DNA of 64,000 nt from Parcubacteria bacterium C7867-004. Lineage in GTDB: Bacteria > Patescibacteriota > Minisyncoccia > Phycocordibacterales > Phycocordibacteraceae. The notes under the pieces are model-generated. The model was not told the DNA's origin and did not search any database. It saw only the letters and a list, made by a program, of their open reading frames with translations. The stretch covers positions 524,866-588,865 of the forward strand of contig LFCN01000006.1 in assembly GCA_001189075.1 (NCBI GenBank), written 5' to 3'. Made by a program: the position numbers and the translations under genes. Numbering within the stretch: the first letter of the stretch is position 1; each line of letters starts with the position of its first letter. Positions 28,151 to 38,654 of the stretch are shown piece by piece.

Positions 28151-29414
28151 GACGAACGGTTGCGCTAGTCGCGAACTCGATGAGCTCCTCGCGAGTGATG
28201 AGCTTAGTCTCGCCGTTCTTGCGATACGTTACTTCGAGCTTCCCGCTCTCGAGTGTCGACTTCCCAACGACGACGCGGCACGGGATGCCGATGAGGTCAG
28301 CATCAGCGAGCTTCTCTCCCGCTCGCGCGTCGCGATCGTCATAGAGCGCTTCGACTCCGGCCTTCGCAAGATCTTCGTAGAGCGAATCAGCGTACGCTAC
28401 CGCAGCCGGATCGTTCGGTACGAGCGAGACGATGTGCACGAGGAACGGCGCGACGGCCTCCGGCCAGACCATGCCCTTATCGTCAGCGAACACTTCGACG
28501 ATGGTGCCCATGAGACGGGTGATACCGATGCCATAGGAGCCGAGGATAACCGGCTTCTCCTCTCCTGATTCATCCTTGTACATGAGGCCGAGCTGCTTCG
28601 ATTTCACGTCGCCGAAGTTGAAGATATTTCCGACCTCGATAGCCTTCACCTCCTCGAGGTCTTCTCGCTTAACCTCAAGCTGCGCGAGGACCTCGTCGGT
28701 GAGCACTTCCTTATTGATAGCGATCTTCTTCTCGCGGTGGAGATATACCAGATCCTCACCCACGTCCGAAAGCGTCTGGAACTCATGGCTGAACTGCGTG
28801 AACGCGCCGCCGGACGCGACCGTGAGGAAGGTCCGATCGCCGAGACCAGCGCGGTCGAAGATGCGCAGGTACGCTTCGATCACCGAGTCATAGAAGGCCT
28901 TATGCGTGGCTTCGTCGGTGTTGTACGAATACATGTCCTTCATCACGAACTCGCGTCCGCGCATGATGCCCGACTTCGCGCGCAACTCATTGCGGAGCTT
29001 CGTCTGGAACTGGTACGCGTACTTCGGAAGATCGCGATAGCTCTCGACGTACGACTTCATCATGTCGGTTATCGGCTCCTCGTGAGACCAGCCGAATCCG
29101 ACTTCCGTTCCGTTCTTAAGTTCCGACTTGAACCAGACGTCGACGTTCTTGTCGTTCCATCGGTCAGTCGTCTCCCACAGTTCCTTGCGCTGGAGGGAGG
29201 TCATGATCATCTCCTGCCCTCCGACGGCATCCATCTCCTCGCGTACGACGCGCTTTATCTTGTCGATCACGCGCAGACCGAGCGGCAGGTACGCATATAC
29301 GCCCGCCATCTCCTTATGCACGAACCCCGCACGTATGAGCAGCTGGGCATTCTTCGCCTCCTCATCTTTTGGCGCCTCGCGCCTGGTCTTCGTGAACAGC
29401 TGACTTTGCCGCAT
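28143..29414 (-). CDS. proS: prolyl-tRNA synthetase (short form without large editing insertion)
   Basis: Class II aaRS motifs in a 423-aa ProRS-like protein (MRQSQLFTKTRREAPKD...; C-terminal anticodon-binding domain). Confidence 0.8.
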   Translation of the reverse strand: MRQSQLFTKTRREAPKDEEAKNAQLLIRAGFVHKEMAGVYAYLPLGLRVIDKIKRVVREEMDAVGGQEMIMTSLQRKELWETTDRWNDKNVDVWFKSELKNGTEVGFGWSHEEPITDMMKSYVESYRDLPKYAYQFQTKLRNELRAKSGIMRGREFVMKDMYSYNTDEATHKAFYDSVIEAYLRIFDRAGLGDRTFLTVASGGAFTQFSHEFQTLSDVGEDLVYLHREKKIAINKEVLTDEVLAQLEVKREDLEEVKAIEVGNIFNFGDVKSKQLGLMYKDESGEEKPVILGSYGIGITRLMGTIVEVFADDKGMVWPEAVAPFLVHIVSLVPNDPAAVAYADSLYEDLAKAGVEALYDDRDARAGEKLADADLIGIPCRVVVGKSTLESGKLEVTYRKNGETKLITREELIEFATSATVRHG

Positions 29415-29544
29415 AGTCGAATCAGTATACGTCTCTCCGACTGCACGAGCAAAAAGGCTCCATCGAATATGACAAAGCTGTGTTTAATGCTATAAAAAGC
29501 CCGACCCGATCTTTCTAGATCGAATACGAATCAGACTTGGAGGA

Positions 29545-30114
29545 ATGCCCGTGGGCAGGATTGTCACCATCACCGGAGCAACCGGGACCGGCAAGAGCGA
29601 GATCGTCCGGGTGCTGCTGACCGACCCGCTGCAACGGATCGGGCTCATCCCTTGTTGTACGACGCGCCCACCAATCAAGAGCGATATCAGAGGCGAGTAC
29701 CGGGAGGTCCTCAGTTTCGAGTCCATGAGTTTCGGAAACAGGAAACTCTATATCTGGGACACCTACCATAGCGGGGCTCAGTATGCATTGAGCATCTGCG
29801 ACGTTGACCGTGCCCTCAAAAGCGATCACCAGTGGGTCATCATCCTGTCGCCCGAGCACGTCGAGAAGCTTTTCAGCTATTGTGCGCTTCTCAATCTCCG
29901 GAAGCAGATCCTTCCGATTTTTCTTGAAGCGCCGACCCAGAAGACTCTGAGGCGCCGTATGGATAAGCGGGGTGACCCGCCCGACTTCATCCAATCAAGA
30001 TTGGAGTCTGAACGGGAATGGACTTCTGTGGCAAAAGCCTCAGCCGTTCCCTTCCACTTCGTACCAAGTGGCACGTTCGAGAAGGTGCTCGTAAACGTAT
30101 TCGAACTCGTGTGA
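29545..30114 (+). CDS. gmk: guanylate kinase-like P-loop kinase
   Basis: P-loop GATGTGKS and the TTRPP...GE motif characteristic of guanylate kinases; otherwise diverged. Confidence 0.5.
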   Translation: MPVGRIVTITGATGTGKSEIVRVLLTDPLQRIGLIPCCTTRPPIKSDIRGEYREVLSFESMSFGNRKLYIWDTYHSGAQYALSICDVDRALKSDHQWVIILSPEHVEKLFSYCALLNLRKQILPIFLEAPTQKTLRRRMDKRGDPPDFIQSRLESEREWTSVAKASAVPFHFVPSGTFEKVLVNVFELV

Positions 30115-30151
30115 GTCACGCCCTAACTGCATCTCCGGATGCGGTTTTTCT

Positions 30152-31249
30152 TTACCCAACGATCTTGAAGATATCGTGTGCCGTAACTACCACCATAAGG
30201 AGAATGAGAAATGCAAACCCGACTGCGTTCACCGCGTTAGCAAATGCAGGCTTTATGGGGCGGCGAGTAATAGCTTCGATGATAACGAAAAGGAGCCTGC
30301 CGCCGTCGAGCGCCGGTATAGGAAGCAGATTGATGAGTGCGAGGTTTATCGAGATGAGCGCCGTTATGGAAAGGAGTGCTGCAAGGCCGTCGCTTGATGC
30401 AATGCCCACCGCACCCGCGATGCCAATCGGTCCCGATACCTGAGCCAGGTCAGCCGTGAGCGTGAAGATGCTACCAAAGAAGTGCGCGAGCGCTACCGCC
30501 GTGTCTTTCGTAAGCTGCCACGTAAGCAGAAGCGCTTCCCAGGGAGCCTCAAGCAGCGGCACCTTAACCGTACCGATGGTAGCGAGCCCGATGCCTAGCG
30601 CATAGCGTTCAGGAGCGCTGGCGATGATTCCCTTATTCGGCGTAACCGACACCGTCTTCACTTCGCTTCCGTGCTTAACGGAAAGCTCAAGAGGAGCATC
30701 AGCGCCCTCCTCGTTTATGAGCGCCATGAACAGCGTCGGATCGGGTCCCGCGTAGGTGCCACCTGCGGCTGTCGATGAGACGATCACGTCTCCGGGAACC
30801 AGTCCCGCGATGCCGGCCGGAGAATCCGGAAGCACGCTTGCGATCGCAAGCTGCGCATCCGGCGCTTTCGCTACTTCCTCGGGAGAAAGCGCGCGCGTCG
30901 TCCCGAGCGCGAGCACGACGGTAAGCAGAAGGAACGCGAAGAAGAGGTTCATGGCGATGCCTGCCACGAGCACGAGTGCCTGGAGGCTTCGAGGCTTCGC
31001 CGTGAATGCGCGCGGGTCAGGATCTACTCCTACTTCAGGGTCTTCCCCATGGATCTTCACGAATCCCCCGAACGGAAGCCAGTTAAAGGTGTACTCCGTC
31101 TCGCCGAACTTCTTTCCCCATACCTTAGGCGGGTAGCCGAGCCCAAACTCATCCACGCGCATCCCCGAAAGCTTCGCTACGACGAAATGCCCGAACTCAT
31201 GCACGACGATGAGCGCGACCAGTACAAGTATGAAAATGACTATGGTCAT
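30152..31249 (-). CDS. rseP: site-2 zinc metalloprotease RseP (regulated intramembrane proteolysis)
   Basis: HEFGHF (HExxH) in TM1, PDZ domain, downstream LDGG motif region, C-terminal TM helices. Confidence 0.85.
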   Translation of the reverse strand: MTIVIFILVLVALIVVHEFGHFVVAKLSGMRVDEFGLGYPPKVWGKKFGETEYTFNWLPFGGFVKIHGEDPEVGVDPDPRAFTAKPRSLQALVLVAGIAMNLFFAFLLLTVVLALGTTRALSPEEVAKAPDAQLAIASVLPDSPAGIAGLVPGDVIVSSTAAGGTYAGPDPTLFMALINEEGADAPLELSVKHGSEVKTVSVTPNKGIIASAPERYALGIGLATIGTVKVPLLEAPWEALLLTWQLTKDTAVALAHFFGSIFTLTADLAQVSGPIGIAGAVGIASSDGLAALLSITALISINLALINLLPIPALDGGRLLFVIIEAITRRPIKPAFANAVNAVGFAFLILLMVVVTAHDIFKIVG

Positions 31250-31800
31250 ACGGAGATCTCCGTTTCCTTACGCTTGCCGAGGCCGTCGAGCGCTTCGTTG
31301 GCAGCATCGATCTTCTTCTGGACCTGCTCCTTGAAGCGGGTTACCTCGTCCTTGCCCATGCCACCTTCTTTCTCCGCCGCATCGATCGCTTTGAGGGTAT
31401 CGGTACGATGTCCGCGAAGCGTTACGCGCGCAGTCTCTACTTTATCCCCTGCCACCTTGAGGAGCATGGTGCGGCGCTCCGCCGTGAGCTCCGGGAACGT
31501 GACGCGCAAACCAACTTCGTCGGTGGCGACCCCGATGCCGAGGTCCGCGTCCTGTATCGCCTTCTCGATGTTCTTCGTGAGGTCCTTGTCCCACGGCACG
31601 ACGCGCAGCGTTCGGGAGTCCTCGATGGTTACCGACGCGATCTGATTCACCGCCTGACGGGTGCCGTATGCCTCGGGCTTTATGGAGTCGAGAATGGAAG
31701 GAGTCGCACGGCCCGTGCGTACACCGGAAAGCTCGCGGACCAGCCACTCTTCGGTCTCCTTGATAGCGGAGTCGAGCTTCGAGAAATCGAATGATGCCAT
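31246..31800 (-). CDS. frr: ribosome recycling factor
   Basis: MASFDFSKLDSAIKETEEW... RRF family over its full length; start trimmed to ATG 31798-31800. Confidence 0.9.
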   Translation of the reverse strand: MASFDFSKLDSAIKETEEWLVRELSGVRTGRATPSILDSIKPEAYGTRQAVNQIASVTIEDSRTLRVVPWDKDLTKNIEKAIQDADLGIGVATDEVGLRVTFPELTAERRTMLLKVAGDKVETARVTLRGHRTDTLKAIDAAEKEGGMGKDEVTRFKEQVQKKIDAANEALDGLGKRKETEISV

Positions 31801-31874
31801 TGGAGTTGAGTGTACCAGAAAATGGCGGGGTATAAAAAATGCGAAGCCGGGACTTCGCATTCATCCTTAAACCG

Positions 31875-32210
31875 TCACGCTTGAACGGCCTCCTCAGACG
31901 GTTCTTCTTCGGCAATGCCGAAGATCCGGTCCAGGATCTCGTAGGTGCAGGCCTCGGCCGTGACCTCGACGAAACGCTCCTTGTTCACGATCGCAGCCGT
32001 CGCGTCCAGTCGGTACTTCTGGCCTTTCGGGTCGTTGGCGACCTTGCCGCGTGCCATCCTGAGGCACTGCTCCTGGACGACGATGACTTTCCCGATGTCG
32101 TCCGGGAACAGGGCCTCGGCGGACGCCTCCTGTCCGCGGGCGGGATGAGCGGTCGCGAGCGAAAGGGCCGCGAGACCTGCGAAGCCGACCAAAAGGATCT
32201 TACATTTCAT
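31875..32210 (-). CDS. secreted hypothetical protein with signal peptide
   Basis: MKCKILLVGFAGLAALSLATA signal peptide, then a roughly 90 aa mature region; no family. Confidence 0.4.
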   Translation of the reverse strand: MKCKILLVGFAGLAALSLATAHPARGQEASAEALFPDDIGKVIVVQEQCLRMARGKVANDPKGQKYRLDATAAIVNKERFVEVTAEACTYEILDRIFGIAEEEPSEEAVQA

Positions 32211-32273
32211 CCTGAGCGCTCCCCAACATTCGGACAAGCACCTGCCTGTCCGTCGGAACGTTATACCACGTTT

Positions 32274-33044
32274 TTAGGAGGCGCGGAGCGTCGTCGGTAT
32301 AATGATGAGGAGATGCTCGAAGATGAGCTTCAGAGGTGCCGCACGATCATGAAGCATCGGCGCGAATCGGTCGAGGTCCCGGAGCAGGAGCGTAAGCTCT
32401 TCCGAGTCCTTCTTTGTGCGCGCCATATATGCCGTACGTGTTATCCCTTCCAGAAGTCCTACGGCAGCCAGCCGCGCCGCCTGCTTCTCTTCGTCCTTGT
32501 CGGACTTCGTCCGCAGTAAAAGCTTCGCGACCAACTTCTCGCGCTCTCCTTGATCAGCGTTTAGAAATGCGACCGCTTCCTCTGACACAAGTGTGGCCTT
32601 CTGGGATACCCCAGGAAGTTTGATGAGCCGGGAGCGCAACGTCGGGAGCAAAATTCCCTCGGACGGGACGATGAGGATGAGCGTCGTTCTCTCGGGAGGC
32701 TCCTCGAATACCTTGAGGAGCGCATTCTGTGCTTCATGGAAGATGCGGGCGACCGCGAGGATAATCACCTTCTGGTCGCCGGCGATGGATCCCTGCATCG
32801 CGACCTCTCCTACGCGCCTGGCGTCCGCCACCGAGAAGAGCCCGAAGGAAAGCTGGGCGATATCGGGGTTCGCCTGAGGATCCATGCCGAGTTCCCGCTC
32901 CGCATACGCGAGCGAGGCGGCTATTCCCTCCTTCTGATCGCCTGAATAGACATACGCATGGTGCGCCATTGCCCTATTGTACGCGGTGGTAGACTGGTTC
33001 CATAGCTCTAACGCTTTCATTCCTATGAACACCAAGATAATCAC
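32274..33044 (-). CDS. holB: DNA polymerase III subunit delta' (clamp-loader AAA+ subunit)
   Basis: LLKVFEEPPERTTLILIV and LPTLRSR (sensor-1 / SRC-like) motifs typical of delta'. Confidence 0.65.
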   Translation of the reverse strand: MIILVFIGMKALELWNQSTTAYNRAMAHHAYVYSGDQKEGIAASLAYAERELGMDPQANPDIAQLSFGLFSVADARRVGEVAMQGSIAGDQKVIILAVARIFHEAQNALLKVFEEPPERTTLILIVPSEGILLPTLRSRLIKLPGVSQKATLVSEEAVAFLNADQGEREKLVAKLLLRTKSDKDEEKQAARLAAVGLLEGITRTAYMARTKKDSEELTLLLRDLDRFAPMLHDRAAPLKLIFEHLLIIIPTTLRAS

Positions 33045-33501
33045 CGGTATCGCTGTCGTAATCGCTCTCCTGGTCGTCGGCTGGTGGTACTGGACCTATC
33101 TCGCACCCCGCGCGCTCGCTCCTACCCAAGAGATGGCGACGACAACCGAAGAAGGCAGCGTAAACGAGGTTGCGAACACTACTGACGCTTTCAAGGCCAA
33201 GCTCGCCGGCGACTGGCGCAGCAAGGACGACGCGAAGTTCACGCGCCAGTTCTCGGCCGACGGGACCGTTGTCGATCGATACCAAGGGAATGATGACGCT
33301 ACCGTCACCGGCGAGTGGTCGATCGTCGCCGACCCTTCAAAAGAAGCGATACCGCTCCCGGTCGTGAAGGACGCGAAGATCGTTAAGATCGAGTTCCCCG
33401 AAGAAGCGCTCTACTTCGCAGTGAACGGCCTTACCGAAACCGATCTCTCCATGATCTACCTCACCGGCAACGGCACTCTCGAGTTCTCGAGGGTTCGCTA
33501 A
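33025..33501 (+). CDS. membrane-anchored hypothetical protein
   Basis: N-terminal TM helix (IITGIAVVIALLVVGWWYW) then a roughly 130 aa soluble domain; start moved to the ATG at 33025. Confidence 0.45.
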   Translation: MNTKIITGIAVVIALLVVGWWYWTYLAPRALAPTQEMATTTEEGSVNEVANTTDAFKAKLAGDWRSKDDAKFTRQFSADGTVVDRYQGNDDATVTGEWSIVADPSKEAIPLPVVKDAKIVKIEFPEEALYFAVNGLTETDLSMIYLTGNGTLEFSRVR

Positions 33502-33638
33502 GAATTCATCCAATGCGCCAAAAGAGCCCGTAGATACGGTCTCTTTTTATTTGACTTATATAGATATACGTGCTATATTGTATTCGAACCTAGACTTCGG
33601 TCGTAGGTGAGCCCTTCAACAAATGGAAAGGACGGATA

Positions 33639-34253
33639 ATGACCGTCGTTACGAGCATCACGGCCCTGCGTCACGGAAACGCAGAGAGGAAAGTCGACAC
33701 CGGTAACACCCGGGACGACGACCTTGTTCGCCGACTCTCGGAAACCGGCGTCGCCCAGGCCAAAAACAAGACGGACCTGTTCAACCAGGAGACCGCCACG
33801 GTCCTCACCTCGCCGGCGCTCCGCGCGCAATACACGGCGGAGCTCGTCTGCGACAACGTCGTGATCAAGGCCACCCACATCCTCCCCGAGCTCTACACGC
33901 CCGTCGGCAAGGATGGCGAACGTCTGGACGCCGACTTCGAACGGCTCGGATACGCTCCGGCGGCGACCTACCTCGCCCAGGACACGTTCGGGGCGTGGCG
34001 CCGCTTCGAAGCGACGGCCGGCAAGGCCATCGCCTCCAAGATCCAGTCCGCGAGCGACGGCAACATCAACGACTTCGTGGTCGGCGGCCATGCCGTCTAC
34101 ACGAACGTGGCCATCGCCGGCGCGCTCTACGAACTCGGGTACGAAGTGCCCGACTACGTGATCAAGGTGATCTACGCGCTCGAGCTCCCCGAAGTCGGGG
34201 CGTTCACGATCACCTTCATCGACGGCAAGTTCGCCTCGCTGGAGATCTTCTAG
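33639..34253 (+). CDS. histidine phosphatase superfamily protein (PGAM/SixA-like)
   Basis: RHG catalytic motif (ITALRHGNAE) near the N-terminus and the second His in VVGGHAV. Confidence 0.6.
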   Translation: MTVVTSITALRHGNAERKVDTGNTRDDDLVRRLSETGVAQAKNKTDLFNQETATVLTSPALRAQYTAELVCDNVVIKATHILPELYTPVGKDGERLDADFERLGYAPAATYLAQDTFGAWRRFEATAGKAIASKIQSASDGNINDFVVGGHAVYTNVAIAGALYELGYEVPDYVIKVIYALELPEVGAFTITFIDGKFASLEIF

Positions 34254-34420
34254 TCTCCGGTACCTTTCCACCAACAAGCACCTTCACTACGAGGGCCCCG
34301 CACACACTACGCGGGGCCCTTTCTGCATATATCTGAAAGTATTTGACATTCCTTAACTTCGAGGGATACTTGCACTGACGAGGCCTTCACCGCTCGTCTG
34401 CGCAATCTAAGGAGATTCCT

Positions 34421-34774
34421 GTGCGCACGGTAACCCGGACTGCTCTTTGTGTACTCGCTATCGCGGTCTACGGATTACCTGCCCGCGCGCAGGAAGATCC
34501 GAAGGACGCCCTCGCGAGGGCTGTCTTCTCCTCGAATGGCGTGACCTACGTGCCCGACCCTGACCGCTTCTATCTCTCTGGTTCGGAGATGGACCGGCGG
34601 ACTCTGAACCTGAGGCCGTGGTCGCCCGAACAGCCCGACTGGCGGGCGAATGTTGGGCTCCGCGACAAGAACGGTAACCCGAAGCGTCCCTGGATCGAGC
34701 GGCTTGAACCGATCGGTGCGCGACCGAAGGTCTCCTTCGGCGCAACAGTCACCCGCGCCATACCCAAATCATGA
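34421..34774 (+). CDS. secreted hypothetical protein (GTG start, signal peptide)
   Basis: AAGGAG Shine-Dalgarno before GTG; LCVLAIAVYGLPARA signal peptide. Confidence 0.4.
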   Translation: MRTVTRTALCVLAIAVYGLPARAQEDPKDALARAVFSSNGVTYVPDPDRFYLSGSEMDRRTLNLRPWSPEQPDWRANVGLRDKNGNPKRPWIERLEPIGARPKVSFGATVTRAIPKS

Positions 34775-34803
34775 GCTCGTCCTCACCGGCGGGCTCTTTT
34801 CTT

Positions 34804-36228
34804 TTATCCCGCTCGCTCGAGTACCCGCACCATTCCCGTATTCGCATCTACCTCGAGCAGATCGCCGTCCTTGAACACTTGTGTGGCGAACTTAGTGCCG
34901 ATGATGCAGGGCTTCTTCATCTCGCGAGACACGATGGCTGCATGCGAGAGCATGCCGCCGATATCGGTGACTATCGCACAGGAGCGCTGCATGAGCAGGA
35001 CGAAATCGGGCGTCGTCATCGTGGTGACGAGCACGTCGCCCTGTTCCATCTTCCCGAACTCGTCGAGGTTCATGATCACCTTCGCCCGCCCCTGGACATT
35101 TCCCTTGTTCGCGATCTGTCCCTTGAGTTCGGTGGTGCCGCTGCCTACCTTCGGTATGAAGGTCTCAAGATACCGGATGTCTTCCGGGTCATCGATGAAA
35201 TGTGCCTTTCCTTCTGCATCTGCTCGTACCGCCCATTTGCGATCAGCACGCTTCTCAATGCGCGCCTGGAGCTCTTCGGGCGTAAGCGCCCCTGTAAGGC
35301 CCGCGCGTATCTCGTCATGATTGAGCGACATAAGCTCGCGATAGGAAACGCCGAACCGGTCGGCGACGCGCAGCAGAAACGGCCGCGCATGGAGATGCAG
35401 CATGGAGACGTACTCAGCGCAGCCCTGCTTTCCGTACCCGATAGCGGTGAGGCAGCGCAGCAGATGACGTACGTTGTCGGAGACCGGAGGCTGCTCGTGC
35501 GCCGCCTCATCGAGCGAGACGTTGCTGATCATATCCAGGAGCCGCGGCAGCGTAAGCTCTTCCCCGATCCAGTTCGCCATCTCGATCCAGCCGTAGCGCT
35601 TCCGGTGATCCTCGAGCTTGGCGAAAAGCTCGCTATCAGCTTCAACTTCTGCGAGCGAGCGGCCATTGATCTCCCGCGCGAGCTGCTTGAGCTCTTCTTG
35701 CTGCCGATACAGAGGCGTATCGATCACGATGAGGCCCGCAACCACGTCCGGCGCTATCGACTCTTTCACGACCTGCTCGAGGAAGACCTCCTCGAGCACA
35801 TACGCTATCTGGCTCGCCGACGCGCTCCAGTAGAACATGAGGCGGCGTACCACCGATACGAGCCGCTCGAAGTTCTCGAGGGTCGGCTCATACGCCGGAA
35901 CCTCGAGCGCGAAATTGAGTGCGTCCTGGCAGGCGTTTCTGGCTGCGTGCTCGTACTTCTCGAAGAACGGGTCGTGCCGCTCCACCAAGTCGCGCATCAC
36001 CTCCCGCAGCCGGTTGCGTTCCGGTACGTTATAGAAGACGTGTCCGCCGCACAGAGCGAACATGCTGCACTCGCGCATATCGAGGCCAACCGATTCCGCA
36101 AACTCTTTCCGATACCAGTCCTGCCAGAACCATGCAGCGAAGAGGTCCTCTTTCCAGAGGCCGAGATACGCCCAGTCTTCGGGCTTGAATCCTGCGAGTT
36201 CCGGAGAATTGAATGCGTGGTCGCTCAT
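34804..36228 (-). CDS. PEP-utilizing enzyme mobile (phosphohistidine swivel) domain protein, paralogue A (474 aa)
   Basis: C-terminal GGMLSHAAIVSREMKKPCIIGTKFATQVFKDGDLLEVDANTGMV is the PEP-utilizer His-domain signature; N-terminal roughly 380 aa helical domain of unknown function. Confidence 0.8.
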   Translation of the reverse strand: MSDHAFNSPELAGFKPEDWAYLGLWKEDLFAAWFWQDWYRKEFAESVGLDMRECSMFALCGGHVFYNVPERNRLREVMRDLVERHDPFFEKYEHAARNACQDALNFALEVPAYEPTLENFERLVSVVRRLMFYWSASASQIAYVLEEVFLEQVVKESIAPDVVAGLIVIDTPLYRQQEELKQLAREINGRSLAEVEADSELFAKLEDHRKRYGWIEMANWIGEELTLPRLLDMISNVSLDEAAHEQPPVSDNVRHLLRCLTAIGYGKQGCAEYVSMLHLHARPFLLRVADRFGVSYRELMSLNHDEIRAGLTGALTPEELQARIEKRADRKWAVRADAEGKAHFIDDPEDIRYLETFIPKVGSGTTELKGQIANKGNVQGRAKVIMNLDEFGKMEQGDVLVTTMTTPDFVLLMQRSCAIVTDIGGMLSHAAIVSREMKKPCIIGTKFATQVFKDGDLLEVDANTGMVRVLERAG

Positions 36229-37247
36229 AGTTTCCGTACTATACCCTTCTCCGCATCCACTTCAACCATATCGCCATCCTTGAATACCTTTGTGGCGATC
36301 TTCGCGCCGATCACGCACGGCTTCTTGAGCTCCCGCGCGACGATCGCGGCGTGACACATGATCCCGCCCTCATCAGTTACGAATGCGGCGGCGCGATGCA
36401 TCGCAGAAAGGAAATCAGGCGTCGTCATCGGCGAGACGAGGATATCTCCGTCAGTCACGTTGGTCATCTGCATCTTGTTCTTCACGATGCGAACTCGCCC
36501 GGTAACCATTCCCTTCTGGGCAACCTGTCCCTTCACTTCCGAGACCTGATCGACTGCATCGAATAATCCTTCGAACTCATATTTCGGGTGCTCCTTAGCA
36601 AACTGCTCGAGCGACATGACGAATCGTTCTTTTCCATCAACTGATACCACCCCGTTCATCCTTGCTTCTAGCGTCTCGGATGACGGAAGATGAGGGAACT
36701 CCTCGCACAGCACCAAGTTCGCATGTTCGCGCTTTCCTCCGAGCGCGACGATGCAGTCCTTTATGTAGACATCGTTGCGCGCAAAGAATTCGTCAGTAGT
36801 GCGAAGCGTCATCACGAGCTTCATGACGTCCTCCGGCGTGCGCGTATCGGTGCCTGGGTAGTACCACATGGAGAAAAGCGGAGCGGCTACTTTTATGAGC
36901 TCGACATATGCTTCAAGCCGTTCGATGTCAGCCGTCGGTCCGGCAGCCCAGAATCCTTGTATCTGCTCTAGAAGCGGTTGGTACTCCGCTATAACCGACT
37001 CTATGAATGCTGTACCGCCCTTATTGAGCTCGAGCAGCGTATCGAGCATCCATTCGATCGCTTCGGTATGCTCCCAGATTTGCAGGTTCTCCTCAGTAAC
37101 GAAGAAGATCTCGAATACGGGGAATGGTGAAGTCAGTCCAAGCTTCGGGAGAAGATGGTCAAGAAATCCTCTTGCCCAGTATTCCTCGAGCGCGAGCGTG
37201 AAGTCGCGTTCGTAGGGCTTCGTAAATACGATCTTCTTGTCACTCAT
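36225..37247 (-). CDS. PEP-utilizing enzyme mobile domain protein, paralogue B (340 aa)
   Basis: C-terminal GGIMCHAAIVARELKKPCVIGAKIATKVFKDGDMVEVDAEKGIV; 4-nt ATGA overlap with neighbours on both sides. Confidence 0.8.
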   Translation of the reverse strand: MSDKKIVFTKPYERDFTLALEEYWARGFLDHLLPKLGLTSPFPVFEIFFVTEENLQIWEHTEAIEWMLDTLLELNKGGTAFIESVIAEYQPLLEQIQGFWAAGPTADIERLEAYVELIKVAAPLFSMWYYPGTDTRTPEDVMKLVMTLRTTDEFFARNDVYIKDCIVALGGKREHANLVLCEEFPHLPSSETLEARMNGVVSVDGKERFVMSLEQFAKEHPKYEFEGLFDAVDQVSEVKGQVAQKGMVTGRVRIVKNKMQMTNVTDGDILVSPMTTPDFLSAMHRAAAFVTDEGGIMCHAAIVARELKKPCVIGAKIATKVFKDGDMVEVDAEKGIVRKL

Positions 37248-38644
37248 AGTTTTCGTACTATACCCGTGTTCGCATCCACCTCAACCAGGTCGCCATCCTT
37301 AAAGACCTGCGTGGCATTCTTGGTTCCGATGATGCACGGAATCTTGAGCTCCCTGCTCACGATGGCTGCGTGGGAAGTAATGCCGCCCTCGTTCGTTACG
37401 ATTGCTCCCGACAGCTTCATGAGCGGCAGGAACTCGGGACGGGTCATCGACGTGATTAGAATTTCACCTTTCTGAAATGAAGCTGCCTTCGAGTCATTGA
37501 AATCAAGAAGTATGCGCGCTCGGCCGGTTGCAGTTCCTTTCGAGGCTATGACTCCCTTTATCTCGGTTACTTCATCAGAGCGCATGGTTTCAGCATACGC
37601 GCTCTCTACCATCCCCCAGTACTCCTCTGCCTCCGGACCGAAAGCGTAGGTAAACTCATTATCCGGTGTCATATGCACGAAAATCCCCTCTCGGTACTGT
37701 CGCTCGATGTCAGGCGCAGTGAGTCTTCCCGAGAGAACATCGGGTATCTGGCTCGGCAGGAGCGCATTGGCGTATGCAAGCGGAATGTCGTTGCGACGGA
37801 GTATCTCTCGCTTGATCTTCACGAGACCGTACAGTCCAACGTAATTCAGCTTCTTGCGATCATCCCTCCACGTCGTGAGCGTACGGAAAAGCGCAAGAGG
37901 ATTCTCCTCGAGCCCGTACCGGACAAGAATCTCCTTCTCTTCTTCAAGTGGAGAATGGAATGCGGCAGCATGACGGTTAGCGAGCGCTTCATCGATGAAT
38001 GCATCATCGACTTCAACGAGGTCAGAATAGCTCACGCCATACCAATAGAATTCGTCCCGCAGCTCTTCCTGGGTCATATCTCCCTCTGCAACCTTCTCGA
38101 GCGCGAACTCCCAAGCAGTTATGAACGATGGAATAAGGGGCGTCGTAAGCGTCTGAATCTCTTCCTCGGAAAAGCCGAACTCAGAGGAAATCCGCTCCAT
38201 CTCTATGCGGTCTGCACCGATGTCGAAAGCATCGATGAAGATAGAAAGGGACCACATTTTCATATCGAGTGCGAACATGCGCTCGTAGCAGTCCATGAGC
38301 TCTTTGTCAGAAAGTGGCTCCATGTCCTTCCCGACGAGCGTCTTTGATTCAAGAAGTATCTCTTTTTCAATCTGTTCCCACTCTTCCTGCCAAGTCTCTG
38401 GGAATCCTGCTGCACACAAATCGAGGACGGCACGAGTGATGGCTTCAAGATTCTTCTCGTAATAACTCACACGGAAATATCCCTCCTTATAGAACAACCA
38501 GACTTCTTTGAAGTTAACTGGCACATGGTCCAGCATCGGAGTGGCCATCGTGTAGTAAGGAAACATCACCTGATACATGCCGACAGCCGCCTCCTGACGG
38601 TACAGCGGCTCATTTGGTCGTATGACGATTGGTTTTCCCTTCAT
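37244..38644 (-). CDS. PEP-utilizing enzyme mobile domain protein, paralogue C (about 466 aa)
   Basis: C-terminal GGITSHAAIVSRELKIPCIIGTKNATQVFKDGDLVEVDANTGIV; start trimmed to MKGKPIVIRP to avoid overlap with the upstream gene. Confidence 0.75.
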   Translation of the reverse strand: MKGKPIVIRPNEPLYRQEAAVGMYQVMFPYYTMATPMLDHVPVNFKEVWLFYKEGYFRVSYYEKNLEAITRAVLDLCAAGFPETWQEEWEQIEKEILLESKTLVGKDMEPLSDKELMDCYERMFALDMKMWSLSIFIDAFDIGADRIEMERISSEFGFSEEEIQTLTTPLIPSFITAWEFALEKVAEGDMTQEELRDEFYWYGVSYSDLVEVDDAFIDEALANRHAAAFHSPLEEEKEILVRYGLEENPLALFRTLTTWRDDRKKLNYVGLYGLVKIKREILRRNDIPLAYANALLPSQIPDVLSGRLTAPDIERQYREGIFVHMTPDNEFTYAFGPEAEEYWGMVESAYAETMRSDEVTEIKGVIASKGTATGRARILLDFNDSKAASFQKGEILITSMTRPEFLPLMKLSGAIVTNEGGITSHAAIVSRELKIPCIIGTKNATQVFKDGDLVEVDANTGIVRKL

Positions 38645-38654
38645 GTCGCTTTCT

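Noticed and set aside
34771-36354. 527-aa + strand ORF across swivel-domain paralogue A
   Set aside because: Antisense to a gene with clear conserved motifs; Arg/Leu/His-rich junk-like translation.
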